Source: Eledone cirrhosa (Eukaryota). From it: DNA of 64,000 nt. Every line of letters begins with the position of its first letter. Within the stretch, counting starts at the first letter, position 1. Below are positions 15,958 through 28,700 of this stretch, piece after piece. The notes beneath the pieces are model-generated. The model was not told the origin of the DNA. It searched no databases and was given only the letters and a program-made list of their open reading frames with translations. Both the position numbers and the translations under genes were made by a program. The stretch is from the NCBI GenBank assembly GCA_964016885.1, contig CAXHJY010001674.1, positions 4,974 to 68,973 of the forward strand, in the 5' to 3' direction.

Positions 15958-16822
15958 TGTCACATACATACGTATAGCTGTTAACACTCTGAATCATGTG
16001 TTGCATTTCTTTGTTAGTGGGAGATTTGAAGTATGAGTGTATGTGAGTAAGCTTCTCTTTGTCATTCTGCGTGTGTCAGTGTGTTTTAAATTTTTGTTAT
16101 TTATCTGCTCAAAATAATGCCGACATGGACAGCAAGGGACACTTATGCTTTAGATAACTACAGCTACATATATTTTCCATTTAGATACAAGGAAGTAGCC
16201 TCGACTCCAGCAGCGAAGAAATAAGCAATAAATGATGCAATAAAAACCTAACAAAATGAAAAGAGAAATACGACGAAAAATAAACTGAAGATTGATAAGT
16301 AGAAATAGTAATAGAAGTAGTAAAAAACAACAGCATTGTTGCTGAAGATGAAGAAAAGACAGAGAAGCATTGTTAGTATTATTATTATTATTATTATTAT
16401 TATGTAATGTAAAGAGCAGTATTTTTGGTGATTATGTTGGCATTGTTCGCTCAATGTGTAGCTATTAACTACATCTTCAGATATTCAGCACGTCATAAAA
16501 TTCTACGTATACAATAGAGACATACGTTCTGTATTGCTGCAAGTTATATCATTGAGGCTGATCATAGAATAAAAATTGGGTGATATTCCAAAGACTGTAC
16601 TTTGTGATCATCTTGCAATAGTGATTACTATTATCGCTCTGTCATGGCATAGTCTTTTGTGTTGCCACTTGAGATTCTGGTGTTTATCTGTCTCCTCGTG
16701 TAATTGTTTTTCCCTCATTTATTTGGAATAGAAAGGCAACATCTTTTATCTTACAAGTCGTAGTAGAAATATATCTGCTCTTGATTGTTTCATTTTCTTG
16801 TCTGTCTGGACATGCATAATCC

Positions 16823-16860
<38 letters not shown>

Positions 16861-19800
16861 TAATTCATTTTCGACGACTTTGTCTGATCTTCGATACTAC
16901 TACTACTACATTCACGACAGCTACTACTACAACAACAGCTACTACCATTACTACCCCTAAGGACAAAATATCAAAGACAAACTATTTTAGGCATTGGAAT
17001 AAATGTTTCCAGAACAGTAACAAATTGAAACGGCTGAAACATTTGAGGTTATGGGTTCACCTGAACCTGATTGGTTTCACTTAGACTTAAAAGAAATTCA
17101 GTGAAACTATATTTGCAAATATAGTTTCACTCGATTTACTGTTTGTAGTATATTTTAATATCGAGCTATTTAAGACATTATATTTTGTAATATTTTCTTT
17201 TTTTATAATATTTTCATTAATTATTCACGCGACGTTGTTAAATGGTCGATGAAACCAAAGAACCAATATTTAAAAACGACAAATATATATTGTTTTAAAC
17301 CTTTTATAAATTAGGAAACTATGTTTAATTTTTTCTTTGAATCTACATGTTACAAACAACAACAGTTAACTTGACAGAATTCAGCTCTATTGTATGTTAC
17401 ACATTCCTATATGTTCGTTGCACAGTCTATATTTTGTATATCAGAATTGAAGATGGTGTTTGAAAGAGGTAGCGCATTCCAAAGAACTAGCTTTTTATCT
17501 TTCTCAAACCATCGAAGAACTATTGACTCATTCGCTGTGATCTAAATGTATGCTCTGTTGAAGACTCTTTTGGAAGTATGTCACTATTCCATTCTTTAAT
17601 CAGCCACATCGTATTCATTCACAAGGGATTACCATTCAAAGGGGATTAACTTATTCATCGACTAGAACTGATATTGGCATCGGCAATGACGCATTTATTG
17701 GAGTACAGTTTGCAGGTAAATTACTGCAGACATGTTTCAATTGTAAATAAAATATAGACAGCTAGCAACACTATATCATATATAAGCATATATGTTGTGA
17801 GTACACAGTTTGGAAGAGTATCTCTCGATACCTACGAGCATCACTTAAACTTAAATTTGAAAGTCTTGATCGCATTGCCTCCCTGGAGTCCTATATCCTG
17901 GATAGAATACTTGATCCCACGACATTACAGATTCGCACTTTCTGTGGAGCTGTTTTTCCATAGGATTTCTTCACTGCATTACCAAACATTTGTACCTGTT
18001 TTCTGAGACCCTTGCACTACTTGATATTCGCTGTCGTTTGCCAATTTCTCATGTACCCCGCGTTTTACATATGATTGCCAAAATATGTTATATGTTCCCA
18101 ACATTATCCAAGTGTGCTGCAAATTTCAAATCATGCTGAATGTGTGTGTAAAAAGCGGTCATAAGATATGAATAATTGTTTCAGGTAAAGTGTGAAACCG
18201 GGGTACATGAGGAACTGGGTTATATCAAGTAGTTTCTAAACTTAATATCCTGTCATGTAAATTAACGGAACTATGTCCATAATGCATATTAATAAATCTG
18301 GTATCATGTTGGTACGTTGGTGTAAGAGTCACCCTTAAAGGAGAATGTGCATGGATAAGAATAATATTCAAAGGAGACATATTTTGCAGCTGCTTTTTCC
18401 ACAAATTGTATTTTGTTTCAAATTTATGATTATGTAAAAGCATCCTGTGGTATTTGATCAGTACTTTCAAATATATGTCAAAGATATGGACAAATATATC
18501 ACAAGCTTTGTTTCATTATGTATCAACAACTGATACCAGGCATGTAATAGGGCGATGTATACGATGAAGAGATAACATTCCTTCATATTTGATGACGTCT
18601 TCAATATTCTGGACATTACTTGCATCTGTTAATTACAATACAAAGGGGTATTGTGTGAACCCCTCATAATAACACTGTATGACATGCAGTGGTTTCAAAG
18701 ACTGTATGCAATCTATCAACACCGCCTATGCTGTTATGTGCACTCTCAATGGGGATTGAAAACACGTTACAGTGGCGTCTGTGAACAAGCCATGATTTAC
18801 GGGAAACGCAGTCATGAATGGTAACGTTTGGAGTCTCAAATACATTGATGAATTTATAAACTTCGCCATTTCCAAATTCTGATTATTAATGCGAAGAATT
18901 ATTGTTACAGATGCTTCGAATAAGCAGCCTTTGTTTTGTAAAGTTGCTCAAGTTTTGGCCGTTAATCATGTAACCCCATAAATATGAGCACGATGTTACT
19001 GATGAATATTCAGTCGCGATACTGATGATTAACATTCTGATGATTAACATTGGTCGACCAAATAAATTGCTGCAGGTAGAATCTAGTCCTGAATGGAAGA
19101 ATCTTTAACACTGTGATGATATATGAATTCATACTCACTATTACAGCTGACGCAAATACTAAGATACTCAAATATACATTGTGTGTGTGTATTTATATAT
19201 ATATTTATATATATATATATATAGTAAGCAAAAACGTGTTGGTAAAAATCGAGTACTTCACTTATGTGAACGCAAACAAATACAAATACCCCAGGTTGCA
19301 TTTTAAAAATGTTCCAGTGTATGCTTAAGAGTATATTTGTGTATGATCTCTAGTATGAATTCACTTGTGTATATAGACATACACACGCATCCAGAGGTAT
19401 GCAAGTGTTGGTGGGTGCGTGTACCTGTATATGCCTGTACTAAAGGAATCGGCTAAGCTCCAACGCCCTTAAGCTATACCTGTGAAGATATATATCACAC
19501 TCTACTTTTGTCTAGTCAAAATAATAATTTGTCCTTTGCTATTTTTCTTTTTTTCCTTTTTAATTTTTCCTAACACCCAGTTTACTTTTCTTTAAAAATA
19601 ACACCCACCTCATTTTATGTCTGCCATATACTTGAATATGGGGGCCTCTTTTGTATATATATACGCATGTGTGTGTGTACATATATATACGCATCTGTAT
19701 GGATGTGTGTGTGTATGTGTGTCTGTCTGTGGGGTTGGGGGTGAATGTATGTACAAGTCAACCAACATAAGTCTTTTTATATGTAAACTTTCTAAGTATT

Positions 19801-20157
19801 TGACTAACCAAAATTTTCAGTATTACCACCCCACATACATTCCTCAATTTCAGAATGCCCTGTAGTATCGAATTTCATACTATAAACCTCAATTGAATAT
19901 ATATCTGACCAGGAATGCTTTTTGTGAAAATCAGTCTTATGGAACTGTTGTCAACTTGCCGGACGGTTTGAACTTTACAACACCACCTACCTCTTTGAGG
20001 TCAAATACCAATCCTACTAGCATCTACAAACTGACCAATGCGAATTAAGATTATTCCTGCTGACACCATTAAATTATCCCTAACAAGCTCATATGTCCCA
20101 AGGCTCTAAAACCATCAACACCAAAAACCCAGAGCTGGCATATCTAAGAACTGACTA

Positions 20158-20202
20158 ACTGCCTGATAAGGAGGTCATAGCCATCGAAATATATATAGCG
20201 GT
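20158..20202 (+). ncRNA. Hammerhead ribozyme with a G8A core change
   Basis: ACTGC-CTGATAA-GGAGGTCATAGCCATC-GAAA-TATATA-TA-GCGGT; stem I ACTGC/GCGGT. Confidence 0.65.
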
Positions 20203-20226
20203 GAATAAAGGATAATGAGTTCATAC

Positions 20227-20285
20227 AATTGACTTATGTTTCGTCACTATATATATATATATTTAGTGACGAAACATAAGTCAAT

Positions 20286-20286
<1 letters not shown>
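20227..20286. repeat. Fold-back with 23-bp perfect arms and a (TA)n loop, containing a hammerhead 3' half
   Basis: aattgacttatgtttcgtcacta/tagtgacgaaacataagtcaatt; the arm reads GTGAC-GAAA-CATAAG-TC. Confidence 0.85.
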
Positions 20287-20317
<31 letters not shown>

Positions 20318-20934
20318 CCTAACAAAACATTTGTGTAACCTTCTGAACAGTCATTTCTATCCACTTTTTACTTCTCCATCCTATGATTTACCTTGTTTCC
20401 ACAACTACAACTGATCGTGATAGACTATTACTATTGTGATTTGTGTTGGACACGACACATTTGATATCTAGACATTTTAACATGTTTTTTAAGTTATATA
20501 TGTTGCTGCATCTCAATAACATCCGTAACAGAATGTTTTGGCAAAATAATATCTGTCGGTCAACTATCCTGCTTGATGAGTATTTGAATGTCACATAATA
20601 GTTTCATTGCTTGTTCATTCCGAAATATCGTCATATTTAATACATTTCTTTCATCTAGTATGGTTTCCTTGGGAAAATGATAGTTTACGTGGTGTTGTAG
20701 ACATTTAAAAAGGAATTTTTCCACATTATCACATGACTCTATAAAGCCATGCGTGGTTACGGACTGTATATACCTATAATTGGATGGTATTTCAGTCCTT
20801 AAAATATTTACTTTTCTATGCTACCAACATATACGTATATTGAACCTACTTTTCATGATATATAAACATGATTTAATTTTGTGCACTTAAAAAGATATGC
20901 GCATCGAGATACATTCATCTATTTTAATAACTTC

Positions 20935-20976
<42 letters not shown>

Positions 20977-22399
20977 AATATATATATATATGTGTGTGTG
21001 TATGTGTATGTTTATAAATATATTTGTATATATATGTATATGTGTGTGTGTATGCAAGTTTGCGTGTATGAGTATGCGCATAATCACATATATATGAAAC
21101 TTTATGCACTAAAGAAAAATAAATTAAAACATTAATTACATAGAATAATAGAAACTCCCCCTTCAAGCCCAAACCTACAAACAAATTTCATATGTAAATA
21201 AGAATAAACAAATTCCTCTCCCTTTCCCCAAATATAAAATTCTATTAATGCATCTTTTCAGAAAAATAAATTATTACCAAAATATTTCAACTCAAGATAA
21301 ATGTTTGCTGCTCTCAAACAAATAACACATAGCAGAAAACTCTACAAATGTTAAGATAACTCATCTTGTATTCTTATAATTCACCAATTTACTTTGAAAA
21401 GACATTTTATAGCCGTTATAATGAAATTTTTATTAAAATATTTCACAGGTCTACAATTTTATTAGATCTTAGCCTATCTTACGTTCGTGAAAATAGATTT
21501 TATTTTATGTTGATATATGAGCTGACATTGCACATTATTTTAAAATGATGAATATAAGTAGTTGTTGAATTGATATTTCTTTTTCTTCAATTACTGCGTT
21601 TCTTTTCTTTTTTCTACCTCATTTTATATTATTCCTCTAAATCGATATACCTTATCCAATATTTCATGTTAATTTTCTTAATTGTTTCAGTCAGATGTTT
21701 TCGCTATCATAAACATTTCAGATGTCAACGTTTATGGTTCGTGTCGTGATTCAATCATAGGAGTCATGAGCCTATGCTGCAACACGTATCTGCCAACTAT
21801 CTCATAAATAATATACTACTGTATTTCAAAATAAGCACGAGATATTATATACTCATTATAAACTATGCTCGAAAACATTTGGGTGTTGTAATGAATGACC
21901 ACTAAACAACATAAAATGCTTAAAACAACCAGAAAACAACCACAACAACTCAAATATGTTCCACTCTACCACGACGAAGATATTGCTGAGCAGTTAAAAA
22001 GTTCCCTTCGCATTACTGAACCAACTTCCAAAATTCTTTATATAATGATCCAAGTGTTGGTTTATGTGTGATTAGAAGAGTGGAATTAGATCAGTAGACA
22101 TGTTAGATTGCTTGAGACATGTTGAAGTGTAACTACAGGAAACGAACAGTAAACAATATATAGTATTTTTTGATTCGCCAAATCTTCTGATTGGGATTCT
22201 CAATCAGATACTCAAGTCTAGTGGTAGTTCATGACATTCTTTTTGTGTAAAATTATTTCAAATCAGAGAGTGGTGTGGGTCATATTAGACCGTTTTGTTT
22301 CGTATTTGCATTGCGGAATTGCTCGCGAATGAATTGCGTTTGAAATTCAATATATCACTGTACTGTGTAATTGATGTCTAAGGATTTTTCTATGTCTCC

Positions 22400-23075
22400 G
22401 AATCATGAAAAGTTTAGAAAATGTATAGCTCGACACTTTGCCAAGAGTTATCTGCGGTTTCACATGGAAGAGCAAAATCACAAATGACCATTTATATAAT
22501 AAATGTGATATTCAAAGCATAGAAGACCTTTTTATGCAAACCAGATTAAGATTCGGTGCCTGTAGTTTTAAAATGAAAGATGACAAGCTACCGAACATTC
22601 TCCTTTATGGCCAACTTACTACAAGAAATAGGTAAAAGATAATGAGCTGCTAACAGTGGCATCAGGAGCCTGTCAGCACAAGGATTGGGGACCTAAATAC
22701 TGTAAGGCTAGAGTGAAAGTATGCAGTCGCTGCTCAACATTCTGGTTGTGAAGGATGCGGACTCGTGCGTAAAAGCAGAGAAGTTGTAATGTCTCAGAAG
22801 ACACAAACATTGCATTGAGGAATTTGAAAAAAGGAACATTTTAAAACATTAATTCTGTAGCGAAGCGACACCTGTCGTGTGCTTGGGGACGGCTATGCAG
22901 AGTTGCCTGCACATGTCTCTGACGTCACCAAAAAGTAATACACTCTCCGGCGGCGACTTGCGAAGAGACAACACGCATAATTTTGGAGCTGACTCCTGCC
23001 TATGAAGAGATGACTCATGCCATCTCTCTCTCTTCTTTATACTCTCAAGTCTTGGTGTCGAGACCAACTCACCAA
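22400..23075 (+). mobile_element. Decayed RTE-clade LINE 3' portion
   Basis: GFTWKSKITN...IQSIEDL..TRLR...MKDDKLPNILLYGQL matches the RTE post-RT W.D.ITN/SIE/LRW.GH..RM...RLPK.LLYGEL pattern. Boundaries approximate. Confidence 0.75.
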
Positions 23076-25569
23076 CTAGACCATCACGACACGTGGTAAA
23101 ATATTTCTATTCTGTTATTATTGACTCCTGTAATATAAAACTTTGTACAAACACGCACCAGCCATTCTTATTCTTTTTAATATTATTATAAGTAATATAT
23201 ATACACCAATACCAGTCATCTAAAATTCTGTCATAAGAATACCATATAACATGGCTTTTAATAACATTCCAAGCATGTCTACCATCATGCTATATGGCTA
23301 AGATCACATCAGGACAACTCAAACGTTTACTGAGAGCCATGATGCAAGGCAGAGGAAATCGAGATTTTATATGCACAATATAAATTTAAGCAAAGCCTCC
23401 CAGTGTGAACAGTTCTGTCAAGCAGTCGTTACAACATTTTTATAACGCCGTTTTGCAGCAGCAACATCTGCTGCACAAGCTTAAAGCTTGTTTAAACTAA
23501 TTGAAAACATTGAAATATCATGCGTGTTATGATGGGTGCTTTGGACTACTAAATTCAAGCAATGGATGAATGCAGAAACACAGTAGAGGGGGGCGTAGTC
23601 TAGCCGGAAATAAATGACAGAGAGACGAATTATGCAGATCAAAGGCTGTTGGGTTGACATCAAAATGGGTCCAGGTGAAAATAGAACTTCCTCAAGAAGA
23701 TAATAAAGTAGATCTATTGACACTGTAACAGTTCCGAATCGATTTCATCTAGCAAGTATTGTATGAAACAATTCAGGAGATTCTTCGCCTCTGGATCATG
23801 AGGAGTGCAAACAACGTAGGCCTTCGGGAATCAGGGATAACATGCGCATCATATTTTCAGAATGCAGAACAAAAGCTGCACGCCCATGCTGGATACATAC
23901 TGTAATTATTAGTAATTCTAATGAAGAAGGTCTTCAAAGGAACAATATATAATTCAATGTTGAATTAAAATGCCTATAGAAAGCGCAAAACGAAATTTTG
24001 TTTCCGTAGTAGTGCACAACTATACACACATGTTACTAACCATGCAGTTTATATCTGTAACATAGTAACGTTCCTCTCGCATACAATAAGAGTAAGAACA
24101 TCGAACATATGAAACCCTATTAGTTCATCACATGCTTGTCTGTTGAGGGAATGTTCTGCTTATGATATTGTCTATATGACACTGTCGTATAGTCATAGAT
24201 ATCCGTACTGTCAGTTAACCTATGCCGAATGAACATTTGTTTTTGCTATAACGTAGTCGCCATTAAAAGAAAGGAATTTCTCAGCATAAATGTCTGTATC
24301 AATATCATCATCCACTATTGCATCATACGTCACAGTTATATCTAGATTATCGTATCACGGGATTTGGAATATAGAAATTTAAGTATAGTGTCGAATGGAG
24401 TAAACGACTAGTTATGCTTTTTATATACATTCTTGAGTGCGATGCTGACAACATTACTTTCATTTTACTTGTATACATTTGTTGCAGCAGTAATTTTATT
24501 GTCGATATATTTTCATAGACAACATACGTCAGATTTACCTAGGGTGATTAATCGGCCTCAAGTTTGCTTTATGGTGCGTCTTGGCTATACACACTTAGAC
24601 TTTATCTTAACTTTCCGATCTATTGTTTTGTTCTAAATGAAATATTTGTCACACTTCATTGTGTCATTATAAATGGTAATGGAAGGTTTCAACAATTATA
24701 GTTTGGAGGTAACAGCTTGTCTATAAAGGAGAATTTCCCAGCATTTAATTTTAAATGAAGTGAAATCGGTGATCTGAAATACGTATTGTTCGTTTTCCAA
24801 TCGTTAACATGACTCAAACACTTCAAAAAAATGCGGTAGAAGAAACGATGAAACCAAATGCTATCACTACACTTCTTCCTTGCAGAATATAAACAGGCAG
24901 AATACACTAAAATTGTCGAAAGGATCTAGATAAATCTTGAAATCAAATGATTTAACTTCGGAATAGATTGCCAAAAATAAAGAGAAAATTTAGTTTCCAG
25001 ATCTTGCAAATTTGTTGGAAATCGTGTGTCCTGTACATATGAAAGATGTTTCTACAGCTAGTACATCTGTTTCAACAACCGATTATGGATATTTGAGTAT
25101 GGCGTCGATTTTAAAAGTCCCTTAATTTTCAAGTGGGAACAACTGACACCAATCAAACAAACCTGCTCTTACTATTTAATCTCCTCTTTGTAATTTCAAC
25201 GTTCATCTTTAAACCGCGCTACATCCAGCTTCTCTTTTCCGTCACACCTATCTTCTAGTTCCATCAAGCATTGTATTCATAGTTGATGGGGAATTTCCAT
25301 TAAACAAGAGCCCTATTTTTCCTTTCAGGTTTGATGAGATACTTGTTTATTCCAGGGACTTGAATATTAGACCAAAGTAATTTACGGGAAAAAACTTCAC
25401 TTCATATGGATAATTTATACAGCATTCATATTCCTTATAGTCCCCATTTTGATGAATATCACCTAAAGAATGGAAATGCGAAATCAATGATAGCTACCTT
25501 GATCTGTAGAGTTGAGTCACTTCATAATAAAATACGTTCATACAATCACATTCACATACCATAACTCAC

Positions 25570-25603
<34 letters not shown>

Positions 25604-25606
<3 letters not shown>

Positions 25607-25778
25607 GAAAAAGTAAGACCCCGACGGCAGAGCTCAAGCCGTTTCGACCGCTATTTCTGGACTCTGAGCTCTGCCGTTGGGGGTCATACTTTTTCCTATT
25701 TCGCACTCTACTACCCTAACTATTGAGTACTCTGGTGCGTTATGGTCCATCTGGTTCTTTTCTACAATTCCTTTGTTA
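25604..25778. mobile_element. Fold-back insert with truncated hammerhead, inside (TA)n
   Basis: Arms ~25605-25635 and 25665-25697. The loop aagccgtttcgaccgctatttctggactc is shared with 11021-11049. Confidence 0.85.
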
Positions 25779-28700
25779 TATATAAATATATATATATATA
25801 TATATAAATATATATATATATTTATATTTATATATAGGTGTGTTTATATTACTCAAGATATATAGATGTTTGTATAATAGCTAATGATCAAAGTAGAAAT
25901 CGTCTCCTATGGTGAGTAGCGTGTTTAAAGTAGAACGAAAATAGACATAATATTTATCGTTGTTTGTCAGAACTGGTTTGTATGTGGTGCCTGGTAGAAA
26001 GGTAAAAATTCCTGAAGGGTATAATTGCAAACTATCTCAAACCGAAGTCAAAATCTTTAACGGAGTAAGATGTATTTATAATCTATCCGTTACACAGCAA
26101 GTATTTAGATGGAAAACTAAAAATAAAAAATATACAAGTTTATAATCTAAAATTAAAATGTTTGTGAACTGGAAGTGAACTTGCTTGAGACGAATTTAAT
26201 TCTAACATGAAAATAATAGAAGTTTGAACAAAATCTTTAATGTTAACCATTAAAGATCTCGAGAGTAAAAAGCTTTATCAAGAAAATAAAAATAAAGAGA
26301 ATGATTCTTTTAATATTTCCCAGCATCTAGAATGTTTTGTTTTCTTTTCATCTTTCGGTGATGTAAGTTTTGCTATGTGGAATCTCGTGATGGTTAATTA
26401 ACAGTTTCTTCAACTCAGTTGTCAGGTAAGTAGTTTTCTACCTCCAGGTTATAAATAATATTAAGTTTTATATAATAAAGGGAAGAGAGAAAACATTAAT
26501 AAAAACACAAACTAACTTAGAAAAATACTGTGAACGTTAAAATATACTAGAATATATTTCTAAATAATAAAACATGAATCATCAACAACATGAATTACAA
26601 CAACAAAATGAGGCCGAATAAGAAAAGAAATGACAACAAAATCAAGAATCGATGTGAGAAATTAAGAGAAAAAGAAAGTAAGTATTATTTTTCTTTTTTG
26701 ATTTATATTCCTTTCTACATTTCTTTGCTTAGTTTCCAGAACATTTCTAAAGAGTTGCAAGTAATTTGATAAGGAAGAGTCACCAAGACTCCACACTGAC
26801 ACGCCAATAACATCAAGTAAACTAGTGAAATAAATAAAATGCTACAAAATATAAATGAAATCAATACGGCAAGAGAAAAAATAAATCACTTTAAATAGAA
26901 ACTTGAAAAAAAAACTATTGATAATAGAAATCAAAACACGTAAAAATGTCAGGAAGGAAAGAAATTTACATATAGTTTAGACTGTAATTTACAAGAGGTG
27001 GTACTTTCAAAGAAAACTATGAAAAAAAAGCAAAAGAAAAACGCCTCCAGTAATTTGAATATATTTATATCGTTGGATCCCAACGACACCACTCCCTTTC
27101 CTACACCATATTTACACATATACTACAGTGCCTCCATCCACGCAGAGTGAATACAGGCAACAGAAATGTGAGTAGAAACAGGTGAGTGTTAGGAAATTAA
27201 TGTTTTATATTTAGTGAGTTGATAATGTGGTATGAAGAGATGTTATTTTGAAATAAGAAAAAAAAAAGAAATAATCGTCCAGAGGAATGGAAATTAAAAT
27301 GAGACTGGACAAAGTATGAAAGGTATTACTACTATCTTCTCAGCTATTGTCAAATGATTGGTCATTTTCCTGACTGCTTTAGGGCCATTATAAAGGTGAG
27401 AATCTTTAAAAAATGTCCATTGCAGCTGTAAGGATGTTCATATCACTTAATGTTATTGACGTTACTGTCGTTTTTTAGTCTCAAACATATTTAAGACAAA
27501 AGCGAATCCGCTGCCATGACATCTCTACATTTTAAACTATGTCTATGTAGCTCGACATTCCCAATGCGTGGTTTTCTTATTCCAAAGAAGCGATGCAGGC
27601 ATACAGTTTGATCTATTTAGCTGCTAAGTCTGAAGGTATGAGTGTCCACATAGCAGCATCTTGGTTAACTCCTGTTTGGTGTGATATGATGTATATCACG
27701 ACATGATAGTGGACATTTCATAGTTATATATATAGTCAACTTCGGCAACAAAATATGAATCAGATACCATGTGTCAGTTATATCGACATTGAGATTAACC
27801 CTAAATAATCATTACTTTTCTGACACGTAAATGTTTCATAAAATTTCGAAGTATTTTACAGTAATACTAATAAAGTGTAATACCACTGATACAATATTAA
27901 ACTTCTAATCTTAGACACTTCGCTTTATATTTCGAAATCAAGAACAACTAAACTTCATGTCATTACATGTTATGCTTTAGGGTCCGTGGACTTATTTTTA
28001 TCGTAGGACTTTATATTGCTAGCACAAGAAAAGAACATTTTTCAGTGTGGTGGTGGTTGAGTATTTGTCATTACCTATTAGCTACAGGGAATATTTATCA
28101 AGGAGACTTAGGAATTGTGCCCACATTTGTTTTATGATTGATAGAGGAACCATATGATAGACATATGCTAGCATTTCCATTCTAGAGAGTAATTTGCTCT
28201 ATCAGAGAATCCCATGTCATTTAGAGCTGTGTCATGAAAGCGGGCTGCTCCGTGAAAAAAGGTTTATTCGAAGAGAGGTACGAGATCCTCTTACTGATGC
28301 TCCTATTGAAGATTTTAGAAGACTATAGGAGAATGACATGCAATATTTTATAGGTAACTGGGTCTTTAGATTCACTTTCGGAATTATGTTTTCTGTTTGT
28401 ACCCAGATCTTGGGGAAAAAATATTAATTCTAGTGAGGTTTGTAGCCATAGTAATCTTTAGTCCTAGAATTTAAGGTAGCTTTTAGGTATTTTTAAAGGT
28501 GCCGAGGACAAGACACTTTTTATATTTCGATAGGGCCAAGCAATGGTTACGTTATAAACCCGTATGGAAGTATGGACATGTTATACGTAGCGTATTTAAA
28601 TTATAAAACCCCACCACATCGCATACGTTACTACTACCAAATGGTCCCAATTGATACATCGAATAGATCATCGGAAGATGATTTCATTTACTTGGGTAAC

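Noticed and set aside
17100-17131. 32-bp perfect palindrome agtgaaactatatttgcaaatatagtttcact
   Set aside because: Real but short, not at a TA tract, and no second copy or associated element seen.
17780-24000. Moderately GC-rich stretches (~17.8-19.1 kb, ~23.1-23.9 kb) that may be old transposase remnants
   Set aside because: No diagnostic motif could be read by eye; needs blastx/HMM.
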